Positions 35,196 to 45,311 of a stretch of 64,000 bases of DNA are shown piece by piece. A program made the position numbers and the translations under genes. The stretch spans positions 21,521 to 85,520 of the forward strand of contig JAIRTP010000078.1 in NCBI GenBank assembly GCA_031254805.1, read 5' to 3'. Numbering within the stretch: the stretch's first letter is position 1; the number at the start of each line of letters is the position of its first letter. Under the pieces are notes generated by a model. That model had not been told where the DNA came from. It worked only from the letters and a program-made list of their open reading frames with translations, and did not search any database. Source of the DNA: Bacteroidales bacterium (GTDB lineage Bacteria > Bacteroidota > Bacteroidia > Bacteroidales > WRLA01).

Positions 35196-37898
35196 ATGGA
35201 AGAGTCTGTATTTTTAGAAAAAAATGTAGAACAAACGAAACAAGAGAGCTATTTTGAGGAAATTCGACAAAAAAGAATTAGGCCGGGAATAAAGAATGAA
35301 CAAGAGAAATCAACAATAAACATAAAGTCTGAGCTATCAATGGAGCGTAAAAAAGAAGAAACAATAAAAAAGCCTCTCAAATCTCTTCCTTACGATGAGA
35401 TATTACGTCACGCAATTGAATATTTTAAAGGCGACGATCTGGCTGCAAGGGTCTGGGTCAACAAGTATGCGCTCAAAGATAGCGCGGGGAATATTTATGA
35501 AAAAGATCCCAATGAAATGCATCGCCGTTTAGCGAGAGAGTTTGCACGCATCGAGAGAAAATACCCTAATCCGATGTCGGAAGATGAAATTTTTGATTTG
35601 ATCAGAGATTTTAAGTATATCATTCCGCAAGGAAGTCCAATGTCGGGTATTGGTAATGATTTTCAGATCGTTTCTTTGTCGAATTGCTTTGTAATTGGCG
35701 ATGACAAACCGGCTGATAGTTATGGCGGAATCATTAAAACCGACGAGGAACAAGTACAATTAATGAAACGTCGCGGCGGCGTTGGACATGATCTTTCTCA
35801 TATTCGTCCTAAAGGAACTCCTGTGAAGAATAGCGCTCTGACTTCTACCGGAATTGTTCCGTTTATGGAACGTTTTTCAAATTCTACCCGCGAAGTCGCT
35901 CAAGACGGACGTCGCGGAGCTTTGATGTTAAGTATTTCAATCCAACATCCCGATGCGGAAGATTTCATTGACGCAAAGTTAGAAGCGGGAAAAATTACCG
36001 GAGCAAATGTTTCCGTAAAACTCACCGACGATTTCATGAGAGCGGTAGTTGCAGGAACGCCGTTTAAGCAACAATATCCGATTGATAGTCCCAATCCGGC
36101 CGTTATCAAGGAGATTGACGCGCGCGCCTTATGGGAAAAAATAGTTCACAACGCATGGAAATCGGCAGAACCGGGCGTTATGTTTTGGGATACGATCATT
36201 AGAGAGTCTATTCCCGATTGTTACGCCGACTTAGGATTTAAAACGGTTTCAACGAATCCTTGCGGAGAAATTCCTTTGTGTCCGTACGATAGCTGCCGTT
36301 TATTGGCAATCAATTTATATAGCTATGTTGAGCAACCTTTTACGAAAGATGCGGAGTTTAACTTAGAATTATTTGCCGATCATGTGCATAAAGCGCAACG
36401 TCTGATGGACGACTTAATTGATTTGGAAGCGGAGAAGGTAGAACGTATTTTAGCTAAAATCAGTTCCGATCCGGAATCGGAAGAAACTAAACGTACCGAA
36501 AAAGTTTTGTGGGAAAAAATTCTTGCAAAAACATTGAAAGGCCGCCGGACAGGTTTTGGGATTACGGCGGAAGGCGATATGTTGGCGGCGTTGGGAGCAA
36601 AATACGGCTCCGACGAAGCTATTGATTTTTCTGTCGAGGTTCATCGCAGATTGGCCATAGAAGCGTACCGTTCCTCTGTGCAAATGGCAAAAGAACGCGG
36701 CGCATTCCCTGTTTATAATACGGAGCGCGAACGAAATAATCCCATGATACAACGCATCAAAGAGGTTGCTCCCGGATTGTATCAGGAAATGGAAAAATAT
36801 GGACGCAGAAACATCGCTTTATTAACGATTGCGCCCACGGGAAGCGTAAGTATTTGCACGCAAACAACTTCCGGAATAGAACCGGTATTTATGATTTCTT
36901 ACAAACGCCGCCGTAAAGTGAATCCGAATGATAAATCTGTGAACATATCATTTGTAGACGAGGTGGGAGATAGCTGGGAAGAATATCATGTATTTCATCC
37001 AAAATTTTTGGTATGGCTTGAAGCGAACGATTACAACGTAGAAGAGGTAAAACTTTATAACGATGAACAATTGCAGAAATTAATAGAAAAATCTCCATAC
37101 TTCGGAGCGACTGCCAATGATATTGATTGGGTGGCAAAAGTAAAAATGCAAGGAGCCGTCCAAAAATGGGTTGACCACTCAATTTCTGTTACTGTAAATG
37201 TTCCCAATAACGTTTCGGAAGAGTTGATTGCCGATATTTATAAAACAGCTTGGGAAGAAGGTTGTAAAGGCATGACGGTTTATCGCGACGGTTCTCGTTC
37301 CGGCGTTTTGGTTTCGGATAATAAAAAAGAGAAAGAAGTTACGAAAATCCGTGAAAATAACGCTCCAAAACGCCCGAAAATATTGGAAGCGGATGTGATT
37401 CGTTTTCAAAACGACCGTGAAAAATGGATCGCTTTTGTAGGATTGCTCGACGGCCATCCTTATGAGATATTTACGGGAAAAGCGGACGGCTTTATTGTTC
37501 CGGAATGGGTGAAAAAAGGCTGGATCATTAAAGAACGGAATGAAAGCGGATCTTCTCGTTACGATTTTGAATTTGAAGATCAAGAAGGTTATACGATAAC
37601 TATGCGCGGATTGTCGCGTTCATTTGATAAAGTATATTGGAATTATGCAAAATTGATCAGCGGTATTTTGCGTCATGGAATGCCTTTGATCAATGTTGTG
37701 GATTTGATCTCAGGCTTGTTTTTTGATGATGAATCCATTAATACTTGGAAAGTCGGCGTCGAAAGATCCTTAAAAAGATATATCCCTGACGGAGAAAAAC
37801 CGAAAAAATCTATTTGTTCGAAATGTGGCAAAGATGCGTTGGTATATCAAGAAAACTGTCTGATCTGTATGAATTGCGGAGATTCCAAATGCGGTTAG
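35196..37898 (+). CDS. nrdJ: adenosylcobalamin-dependent (class II) ribonucleotide reductase
   Basis: Active-site STNPCGEIPL, ~850-aa catalytic body, C-terminal zinc ribbon CSKCG..CLICMNCGDSKCG. The true start may be ATG 35340 (MERKKEET..). Confidence 0.85.
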   Translation: MEESVFLEKNVEQTKQESYFEEIRQKRIRPGIKNEQEKSTINIKSELSMERKKEETIKKPLKSLPYDEILRHAIEYFKGDDLAARVWVNKYALKDSAGNIYEKDPNEMHRRLAREFARIERKYPNPMSEDEIFDLIRDFKYIIPQGSPMSGIGNDFQIVSLSNCFVIGDDKPADSYGGIIKTDEEQVQLMKRRGGVGHDLSHIRPKGTPVKNSALTSTGIVPFMERFSNSTREVAQDGRRGALMLSISIQHPDAEDFIDAKLEAGKITGANVSVKLTDDFMRAVVAGTPFKQQYPIDSPNPAVIKEIDARALWEKIVHNAWKSAEPGVMFWDTIIRESIPDCYADLGFKTVSTNPCGEIPLCPYDSCRLLAINLYSYVEQPFTKDAEFNLELFADHVHKAQRLMDDLIDLEAEKVERILAKISSDPESEETKRTEKVLWEKILAKTLKGRRTGFGITAEGDMLAALGAKYGSDEAIDFSVEVHRRLAIEAYRSSVQMAKERGAFPVYNTERERNNPMIQRIKEVAPGLYQEMEKYGRRNIALLTIAPTGSVSICTQTTSGIEPVFMISYKRRRKVNPNDKSVNISFVDEVGDSWEEYHVFHPKFLVWLEANDYNVEEVKLYNDEQLQKLIEKSPYFGATANDIDWVAKVKMQGAVQKWVDHSISVTVNVPNNVSEELIADIYKTAWEEGCKGMTVYRDGSRSGVLVSDNKKEKEVTKIRENNAPKRPKILEADVIRFQNDREKWIAFVGLLDGHPYEIFTGKADGFIVPEWVKKGWIIKERNESGSSRYDFEFEDQEGYTITMRGLSRSFDKVYWNYAKLISGILRHGMPLINVVDLISGLFFDDESINTWKVGVERSLKRYIPDGEKPKKSICSKCGKDALVYQENCLICMNCGDSKCG

Positions 37899-37942
37899 AT
37901 ATTTAATGGGTCATTATATATTTTCCAAAAATTGTCTATTTG

Positions 37943-38512
37943 ATGAAAGAGTTGCAACAATTTCATATTGGAATTGCAGGAGCCGGAGGATTAGGCTCTA
38001 ACGCGGCGATCGCCTTAGTAAGATCGGACGTAAAAAACTTGACAATAGCTGATTTTGATTGCGTGGCGGAAAGTAATTTGAATCGACAATACTATTTCGC
38101 AGATCAAATAGGAAAGCCAAAAGTAGAAGCTTTAAGAGAAAATATCTTCCGAATATATTCCGACGTCAATTTAAAAATACATTTTACAAAAGTAACGCCG
38201 CATAATTTTAAAGAGCTTTACGCTGATTGCGACCTCATCATAGAAGCTTTTGATAAAGCGGAAGAGAAAGTCATGCTTATTGAAGAGATGATGAAGTATT
38301 TTCCTGAAAAACCATTAATAATAGGATCCGGACTGGCAGGGTGGGGGAGAAGCAACGATATCAGGATGGAACAAATCGGCAATATTATTATATGCGGAGA
38401 TTCTATTTCCGAAATCGGCGAACATCATCCGCCTTTAGCTCCTCGCGTTGGAATGACGGCTAATATGCAAGCTAATGAGGCGCTGAGAATATTGTTAGGT
38501 ATGATTCAATGA
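37943..38512 (+). CDS. thiF: short ThiF/MoeB-family adenylyltransferase (E1-like)
   Basis: Rossmann GAGGLGS, ..DFD..SNLNRQ motif. 189 aa from ATG 37943 (the track start is TTG). Confidence 0.7.
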   Translation: MKELQQFHIGIAGAGGLGSNAAIALVRSDVKNLTIADFDCVAESNLNRQYYFADQIGKPKVEALRENIFRIYSDVNLKIHFTKVTPHNFKELYADCDLIIEAFDKAEEKVMLIEEMMKYFPEKPLIIGSGLAGWGRSNDIRMEQIGNIIICGDSISEIGEHHPPLAPRVGMTANMQANEALRILLGMIQ

Positions 38513-38527
38513 AAATCTTATAAATGC

Positions 38528-38552
38528 AAAAAGCCGCTGTTTGCGGCTTTTT
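38528..38552. terminator. bidirectional terminator between thiF and tRNA-Phe
   Basis: AAAAGCCGC-tgttt-GCGGCTTTTT. Confidence 0.75.
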
Positions 38553-38555
38553 ACG

Positions 38556-38628
<73 letters not shown>

Positions 38629-38642
38629 CCCAAATGAGGCTG

Positions 38643-38650
38643 CAAAGGTA
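38643..38650 (-). promoter_or_regulatory. -7 box TACCTTTG for tRNA-Phe
   Basis: TAnnTTTG, 14 nt upstream of the tRNA 5' end. Confidence 0.45.
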
Positions 38651-38692
38651 AGACGTTTTTTGATTTTAACAAGTAGTTTCAGATAGTTTTTT

Positions 38693-38700
38693 TATTTTTG
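38693..38700 (+). promoter_or_regulatory. -7 box TATTTTTG for coaX
   Basis: The box overlaps the track TTG start at 38698, so ATG 38728 is favoured. Confidence 0.45.
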
Positions 38701-38727
38701 CAGAAAAATCAATCTAACATATTGATT

Positions 38728-39489
38728 ATGATAAATAAAGAAATTCGATATATTGTAGACGAAGGCAATAGTCTTGTCAAAATGGCCGCTTATCAAGGAG
38801 AGAATTGGCTCTTTTTTAATTCGAGTGAAATGTTTTCCGATACTTTTTTGATAAATTTTTTAAATAAAATCGAAGCTAAAAACGACCGATCGGAAAAACC
38901 GAAATTGATTTTTTCGTCGGTACGAAAAGACGTTACTTCCCAGTTGCAACTTTTGTCGCTTTATTTTCACGTTCTACATTTCACGCATCAAACCGATATT
39001 CCAATCGTCAATTTGTATGAAACGCCCGAAACGCTGGGAAAAGATCGGCTTGCCGCTGTAATTGGAGCCGCAGGAATATTTCCTCAGAAAAATTCCTTAG
39101 TAATAGACGCCGGAACTTGTATCACTTACGACTTCATCGATAGAGAGCAAAAATATCTCGGCGGCGGCGTCATGCCGGGACTTTTGATGAATTTAAAAGC
39201 ATTACATACTTTTACGGACAATCTTCCGTTGATATCATTAGGTTTGGCGTCAAGCTTATGCGGAAAGAATACAACTGAAGCTATTTTAGCGGGAAGCGTA
39301 AATGCAATTGTATTGGGATTGGACGCCGTTATTGATCAATTTCGGCAAATGTATCCCGCTTTAAAAGTGATTTTGTGCGGAGGCGATGCAAAATTATTGC
39401 ATAATAATCTAAAAAATGATACTTTTGCCGAACTGAAATTGGTACTATATGGTTTAAAGCAAATACTTGATTTTAATGAAGATTCGTAA
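38728..39489 (+). CDS. coaX: type III pantothenate kinase
   Basis: IVDEGNS (DxGNS) and VIDAGTCITYD phosphate motifs of the ASKHA fold. Confidence 0.8.
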   Translation: MINKEIRYIVDEGNSLVKMAAYQGENWLFFNSSEMFSDTFLINFLNKIEAKNDRSEKPKLIFSSVRKDVTSQLQLLSLYFHVLHFTHQTDIPIVNLYETPETLGKDRLAAVIGAAGIFPQKNSLVIDAGTCITYDFIDREQKYLGGGVMPGLLMNLKALHTFTDNLPLISLGLASSLCGKNTTEAILAGSVNAIVLGLDAVIDQFRQMYPALKVILCGGDAKLLHNNLKNDTFAELKLVLYGLKQILDFNEDS

Positions 39490-40768
39490 ATATTTACTTT
39501 TATTTTTTTTACTTTTTTTTGTAAGTTACGTTACAATAAATACCATTTCGGCACAATCTTCCATATCTTCGCCCTATTCCCGTTTCGGAATCGGCGAATT
39601 AATTCCTCAATCAAATACGCGAAGCAAAGCTATGGCCGGAATCTCTCAAGGATTGAATTATGCGGCGGAGATTAACTTTTCGAATCCGGCTTCCTATTCC
39701 ACTTTCGATACGATGACGTTTTTATTAGATTTCGGATTTACGGGAACTTTCAATAATATGAAGTCGTATAGCGCTACTTCGCGCACGTCAAACGCTTATA
39801 TAGATTATGTTGCTATCGGATTTCCTATCGTAAAAATATGGCATACCGCATTTGGATTGGTTCCCATTAGTTCCATGGGCTACGATATATACGGCACGCT
39901 CGAAAAAAACGATTTTGAAATTGGAAGAGTTCAGCAACATTTTATTGGAAGCGGTTCGTTCAATCGTGTTTTTTGGGGAAATTCTCTTAAGATATCTAAA
40001 AATTTTTCCGTTGGCGTCAATTTGGGATATATGTTTGGAAACAGTCGTTATAACAGATTGTTACATTTTATCGACTCTTCTAATATGCGTACTACGAACG
40101 TCGCCAATTTGATATATGTTGCTGATTTTACTTTTGAGCCGGGAATTCAATACACTGCAAATCTCTCTTCAAAAGATAAGATCGTAGTCGGCGCTACGGC
40201 AACTATTCCGAAAAATATGAACGCGGAGAAATCTTCTTTGGTCTTTACCGATTACAGTAATCAAGGCTCTTACATAGATACCATAAAATATAATCGTCCG
40301 GAAAAAGGGAAAATATATTATCCCGCATCATTAAGCGCAGGGATTACTTATTATAGAGGGGGCAGATTTCTTATTGGAGCCGATTTTAATTGGTCAAATT
40401 GGTCAAAATATGAATCTTTCAATGTAAAAGATACGTCCGTATTGAGCGATTGTTGGGGAATCAGCATTGGCGGTGAAATATTACCGAGCGACAAGCCTTC
40501 GGCAAGCTATTTCCAAAAAGTTACTTACCGCATAGGCTTTAAAACGCGTCAACATATTTTGCAAATAGAAAATACGGATATTAATGAATATGCCGTTACT
40601 TTTGGAATGGGGCTTCCTTTGACCCGTTCAAAAACAAAAATAAACTTGTATGTCGAGTGGGGAAGATTAGGAACCTTAAGTAATGAACTAATTCGCGACA
40701 ACCATTTTAAAATCGGAGCCGGATTGTCGTTGAACGAAATGTGGTTTTATAAACGACAATACCGATAA
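39476..40768 (+). CDS. outer-membrane beta-barrel protein, function unknown
   Basis: ATG 39476 (MKIRKYLLLFFLLFF..AQSS). SPYSRFGIGEL N-terminal motif, alternating strands. Overlaps the coaX end by 14 nt. Confidence 0.75.
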   Translation: MKIRKYLLLFFLLFFVSYVTINTISAQSSISSPYSRFGIGELIPQSNTRSKAMAGISQGLNYAAEINFSNPASYSTFDTMTFLLDFGFTGTFNNMKSYSATSRTSNAYIDYVAIGFPIVKIWHTAFGLVPISSMGYDIYGTLEKNDFEIGRVQQHFIGSGSFNRVFWGNSLKISKNFSVGVNLGYMFGNSRYNRLLHFIDSSNMRTTNVANLIYVADFTFEPGIQYTANLSSKDKIVVGATATIPKNMNAEKSSLVFTDYSNQGSYIDTIKYNRPEKGKIYYPASLSAGITYYRGGRFLIGADFNWSNWSKYESFNVKDTSVLSDCWGISIGGEILPSDKPSASYFQKVTYRIGFKTRQHILQIENTDINEYAVTFGMGLPLTRSKTKINLYVEWGRLGTLSNELIRDNHFKIGAGLSLNEMWFYKRQYR

Positions 40769-40827
40769 AAAAGAACTTAGTATAATTATTGTATAATATA
40801 AATTGAAATCCATAGCGTAAAAAAATT

Positions 40828-42219
40828 ATGAAAACTCTAATTAAAAAAGGTATCTGTTCACTTTTTGGAATAATGATTTTGTTTGGATGCCAAACGCTTT
40901 TTGCTCAAACAGCCGATGATAAATGGGGCGAAAATCCGGAAGATTGCAGGGTGAATTTATCTCTTTATAGAGAATCCTTCAAACATTGGAAAGAATCTAA
41001 TTATCAAGTTGGCGATATTGATGACATTCTTACTCCATGGAGAAAAAGTTTCACAATTTGTCCTCGTTCCAGCGAACAAATGTATCTCGACGGAGCAACT
41101 CTTTACGAATATTTGATCATACAAGAACAGAATTTGGAAAGACAAAAAGAGTTGATCGATACTTTAATATTAGTATTTAACAATCGCGCCGAATATTTTC
41201 CAAATCATTCCCGTACAAAATTGCCGCAAAAAGGGAATATCTTATGGCGTAAAGCATTATCGCTTTCCAAAGCCGCTCCCGATCGCATTGAAACGATCTA
41301 TAACGACATGAAAGAATCAGTGAGATTGGAAGGGAACGATATATCGTCAGCTCCGTTGCCGCTTTACTTTAAGGTAACGATCGACATGGCCAATCTTGAA
41401 AAGATCGACAAAAGCGTCATTATTGAGACGTATGATGAGTTGTCGGGAATTATTGATCATAACTACAAAAAAGTGCAAGGAACGAACGACCAGAAAGGAA
41501 TGGATGAATGGGAAGCAGTTAGAAGATTGATCGAACAAGCTGTTGAACCGTTCGCTTCATGCGACGATTTGATTAGTATTTTTCAAAAACAATTTGACAA
41601 CACTCCGGAAGATATTGATGTTTTGCGCAAAATTACTTCTACGCTCGACAAAAATAGATGCACCGACAGCGATCTGTTTTTGAAAGCGACCGAAAATCTT
41701 TTCAAGCTGGATCCGAATCCGCAAGCAGCCTATATGATGGCTAAAATATATTCTAAAAATCAAGAATTCGACAAAGCGGCAAAAGCGTTGGAAGAAGTAA
41801 TTAGTCTTACAGACGACAATGAATTGAAAGCCAATGCGGAATTAGCGTTGGCGCAAGTATTAATGATGCAAAGGAAATATTCTCAAGCAAGGGAACACGC
41901 CCGCAAATCGTTGCAACTTCGTCCTGATAACGGCGAACCGCTTTTATTGATTGGAAGAATGTATGCGGCAAGTTCTGATTCATGCGACGGAGATGAGATT
42001 CAAAAGAAATCTATTTTCTGGGCTGCAATTGATAAATTTAATGAAGCGAAACGCGTCGATCCGAGCGTTGCAGAAAGAGCAAATGAATATATCGCTACTT
42101 ACAGTAAATATTTCCCGACAAACGACGCTATCTTTTTCCATGTACTTGTGGTGGGAGATTCTTATAAAGTAGAGTGTTGGATCAATGAGACGACAATCAT
42201 TCGCGCTCTCAAAGAGTAA
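40828..42219 (+). CDS. tetratricopeptide-repeat protein (secreted)
   Basis: Signal peptide ..CQTLFAQT. TPR-like helical repeats in the C-terminal half (..AYMMAKIYSKNQEFDKAAKALEE..). Confidence 0.75.
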   Translation: MKTLIKKGICSLFGIMILFGCQTLFAQTADDKWGENPEDCRVNLSLYRESFKHWKESNYQVGDIDDILTPWRKSFTICPRSSEQMYLDGATLYEYLIIQEQNLERQKELIDTLILVFNNRAEYFPNHSRTKLPQKGNILWRKALSLSKAAPDRIETIYNDMKESVRLEGNDISSAPLPLYFKVTIDMANLEKIDKSVIIETYDELSGIIDHNYKKVQGTNDQKGMDEWEAVRRLIEQAVEPFASCDDLISIFQKQFDNTPEDIDVLRKITSTLDKNRCTDSDLFLKATENLFKLDPNPQAAYMMAKIYSKNQEFDKAAKALEEVISLTDDNELKANAELALAQVLMMQRKYSQAREHARKSLQLRPDNGEPLLLIGRMYAASSDSCDGDEIQKKSIFWAAIDKFNEAKRVDPSVAERANEYIATYSKYFPTNDAIFFHVLVVGDSYKVECWINETTIIRALKE

Positions 42220-42240
42220 TTTTAAACGAATATAACTGCT

Positions 42241-42287
42241 AAAAAGGCAAAGGAGATAAAATAAAGCCATCTTTTGCCTTTTTTTCT
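42241..42287 (+). terminator. hairpin terminator after TPR gene
   Basis: AAAAGGCAAA...TTTGCCTTTT 10-bp stem, ~21-nt loop, T-run. Confidence 0.55.
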
Positions 42288-42312
42288 TAATAAATAAAGT
42301 TCGCCTTTCGAA

Positions 42313-42876
42313 ATGAAGCAAAAAATTTTTGCGTATGCGTTTATGATTTTTCTTTTCGGTATTTTGATTTTTAACTCATGTAAAAACGATCCGAAAGATA
42401 TTGCGCGAATCAGTATGCCCGATACCATTGCCGGTCAATTTATTTCCGAAGGAGAAGTTATTTACAGCGAATTGGGCAATGCAAAACTCAGAATTCAAGC
42501 GCCGGTAATCTACAATTTCGAAACTTCAAAAAGTTACACCGAGATGCCGCAAGGCTTTTTTGCGGAATTTTTTGACGATGACGTCAACGTCGAAGCGACC
42601 ATTGCCGCCGAATATGGGATATTCTTAAACGATGAAGATAAAATGATCGCCAAATATGACGTAGAGGTTTTTTCCTTAAAAAACGAAGAACAACTTAACA
42701 CGGAAGAATTGATTTGGGACATGAAAGCCCGGAAAATATATAGCGACGCTTTTGTAAAGATCACCAGTAAAGATAAAATCATTCTTGGCGACGGATTTGA
42801 ATCAGATGAAAATTTCGAGAATCGTTCTATTAAAAAATTGCGCGGCGAATTTTTGGTCGATCAAGAGAATGAATAA
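42313..42876 (+). CDS. lptC: LPS export periplasmic protein LptC-like
   Basis: Lipoprotein-like N-terminus (..LIFNSC). C-terminal pattern ..LIWDMKARKIYSDAFVKITSKDKIILGDGFESDENF recalled from Bacteroidota LptC. Confidence 0.6.
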   Translation: MKQKIFAYAFMIFLFGILIFNSCKNDPKDIARISMPDTIAGQFISEGEVIYSELGNAKLRIQAPVIYNFETSKSYTEMPQGFFAEFFDDDVNVEATIAAEYGIFLNDEDKMIAKYDVEVFSLKNEEQLNTEELIWDMKARKIYSDAFVKITSKDKIILGDGFESDENFENRSIKKLRGEFLVDQENE

Positions 42877-42965
42877 GTCGTTTTTTTTGTCTCTTTTTTG
42901 AAAAGAAAAAAATATTTATTTGATAATCAACCTTTAAAAAAATTTTAACTTTCAGAGAAGTATTG

Positions 42966-42973
42966 TATTTTTG
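42966..42973 (+). promoter_or_regulatory. -7 box TATTTTTG for ppiD-like gene
   Basis: TAnnTTTG, 23 nt upstream of ATG 42997. Confidence 0.45.
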
Positions 42974-42996
42974 CAACTTCAAAAATCGAATTTATT

Positions 42997-45129
42997 ATGG
43001 CAATAATTGGAAAAATTAGGAAGCATTCAGGATTAACTATTTTATTTGTAGGCGTCGCATTATTTGCATTTGTAATAGGCGACTTAAGTAGAGGAGGTTT
43101 TGGCGGTCAAAACAACAAAATGGGAGTCATCTTAGGGGAAGATATTCCATATATTGAGTTTGAAAAAGCTGTAGAAGAGCAATTGGCGTTGAATCGAATG
43201 AGCAATCCCAATCAAAATGTTTCCGCTACTGAAACTTTCAACATCCGTAATCAAGTTTGGGCAACTTATGTTGAAGATATCACTTTGGGGACTCAATGCG
43301 ATAAGTTAGGATTGGCCATCTCGCCCGACGAAATGTACGATTTAACCACCGGAGAAAATCCGCATCAATACATTGTATATAACTTTTCGGATCCTAATAC
43401 GGGACAAATAGATAGAGAGGCCGTTTTGAATCTCATGGGTAATCTTGACCAATTGACCGTCGAGGGACAAATGCAAGTTTCAAACCTTTTCACAATGATG
43501 AAAAAAGATGCGCTCCGTAATAAATATCGCACTTTATTAAACAAGAGTTACTATGCCCCTTCCGCTTTTGCCGAGATGCAATATCAAAAAAGTACCGAAA
43601 GCGTAAGCATTGAAATTGTGCAACTTCCTTATTCTGCTATTGCTGATAGTACGATAATTCTTTCCGAAGCCGATTATCAAAAATATTATAACGAACATAA
43701 AGAATCATATAAGCAAGAAGAATCTCGCGATCTTGAGTATATCATATTCGATGTAAAACCTTCTGCCGAAGATGTTAATAATGCAAGAGATTACATCTCC
43801 GGTTTATACAATGAACTTGCCCGTCTTCCGATAGAAGATATTCCGCTCTTTGTCAATACCAATACCGACGGTGATTTTTATGACAGCACATGGGTGACGC
43901 TTAACGCTTTATCACCATATATTGCAGGCATGTTCGAAGTAAACGAATCGGGCGTTACTACGGCTCCTTATCAAGATGGAGACGCCTTTTATACATCTCG
44001 TTTATTGGCTACCGCTATGCGTTCCGATACAATGGACGCTGAACATATTTTAATCAATTATCGCGGCCGTATGCAAGCGCCGGATACGGCAAGAACCCGT
44101 GAAGTGGCACAAGCATTAGCAGACAGTTTGGCAGATGTTATTAGAAAGCCTAATAGCATGCCTTTTTCGCTTCTTGCGTTGCAATATTCAGACGATCCCG
44201 GTAAAATGCAAAACTCTGGAAAATATGAACGTTTTGAAGATGGAGCGATGGTTCCCGAATTTAATGAAGCCGTCCAAAATGGAAAAACGGGAGACGTTGT
44301 CGTGGTTGAAACCATATTTGGTTTTCACGTGATCAAAATCGGAAATAAGAGCGAACCTCAAAAAAAATACCGCGTAGCGACTATTCGACGCGATATAGAG
44401 CCGGGTGAAGTAACCGTACAAGAAGCTTACATGAAAGCGACAAAACTTGCCAGTGAAAACCGAACTAACGCCGCATTCCATACGACTGCCGAAGAAAATA
44501 ACTATAACATTCGTACCATGCCTTCCGTACAAGCCATGAGCAGCAACTTAACAAGCGTCAATTCGGCCGCTCGTCAAGTTATTCGTTGGGCGTATGGCAA
44601 AGATGTGAAAATCGGAGACGTCTCCGGAATTTTTGAAGGAGAAGATCAATTTGTGGTCGCATCTTTGACCGGCATCAATCCAAAAGGTTACGCTTCTCTA
44701 GAATCAAGAAAGCAGATCATGGAAGGACAACTCAAACGTGATAAAAAAGCCGAAATGATATTGAATCAGGTGAAAGGCGAAACCGGAACAAATGTACATG
44801 ATATTGCCGCAAAATATAACGGATTTGCTCCCGAAAATTCTATCAGATTAACTTTCAATACGATGTCTCTTCCCGAAAATATGGGACGCGAATCGGAAGT
44901 TATCGGATCTGCTTTAGGTTTGGCCGACGGACAATTTTACGGTCCCATCAAAGGATTTAACGGCGTTTATTTTATTAAAAATGTCGAACGTATCCCGGGC
45001 GAACCGAAAGAGAATTATAATGACGAACAAAATCAAATGATACAAGGATTTGCATCGCGCAGTTCGCTCTACCAAAATATTTTGGAAGAAAAAGCAAATA
45101 TAAAAGATAATAGGGTAATATTCTATTAA
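42997..45129 (+). CDS. ppiD: PpiD/SurA-like periplasmic chaperone with parvulin PPIase domain
   Basis: N-terminal TM anchor, SurA_N-like region, parvulin core (..HILINY..FGFHVIKIG..). Confidence 0.75.
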   Translation: MAIIGKIRKHSGLTILFVGVALFAFVIGDLSRGGFGGQNNKMGVILGEDIPYIEFEKAVEEQLALNRMSNPNQNVSATETFNIRNQVWATYVEDITLGTQCDKLGLAISPDEMYDLTTGENPHQYIVYNFSDPNTGQIDREAVLNLMGNLDQLTVEGQMQVSNLFTMMKKDALRNKYRTLLNKSYYAPSAFAEMQYQKSTESVSIEIVQLPYSAIADSTIILSEADYQKYYNEHKESYKQEESRDLEYIIFDVKPSAEDVNNARDYISGLYNELARLPIEDIPLFVNTNTDGDFYDSTWVTLNALSPYIAGMFEVNESGVTTAPYQDGDAFYTSRLLATAMRSDTMDAEHILINYRGRMQAPDTARTREVAQALADSLADVIRKPNSMPFSLLALQYSDDPGKMQNSGKYERFEDGAMVPEFNEAVQNGKTGDVVVVETIFGFHVIKIGNKSEPQKKYRVATIRRDIEPGEVTVQEAYMKATKLASENRTNAAFHTTAEENNYNIRTMPSVQAMSSNLTSVNSAARQVIRWAYGKDVKIGDVSGIFEGEDQFVVASLTGINPKGYASLESRKQIMEGQLKRDKKAEMILNQVKGETGTNVHDIAAKYNGFAPENSIRLTFNTMSLPENMGRESEVIGSALGLADGQFYGPIKGFNGVYFIKNVERIPGEPKENYNDEQNQMIQGFASRSSLYQNILEEKANIKDNRVIFY

Positions 45130-45151
45130 TATTGAATTTCCATTTTTTGAG

Positions 45152-45187
45152 AAAACGCTTGGAAAAATTCTTTCAAGCGTTTTTTTG
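45152..45187 (+). terminator. rho-independent terminator
   Basis: AAAACGCTTG-loop-CAAGCGTTTTTTT. Confidence 0.75.
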
Positions 45188-45261
45188 TGCTTGTTCTTGT
45201 TTGACAGTTAAAAAAAAGTACAATTAATACGCATACAAGAAAATTGTAATTACTTTTATCT

Positions 45262-45269
45262 TATTTTTG
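45262..45269 (+). promoter_or_regulatory. -7 box TATTTTTG for M28 peptidase gene
   Basis: TAnnTTTG, 42 nt upstream of ATG 45312. Confidence 0.4.
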
Positions 45270-45311
45270 CAATAAAATTATCAATGATACAAAACATAAC
45301 TCTTTAAGAAT

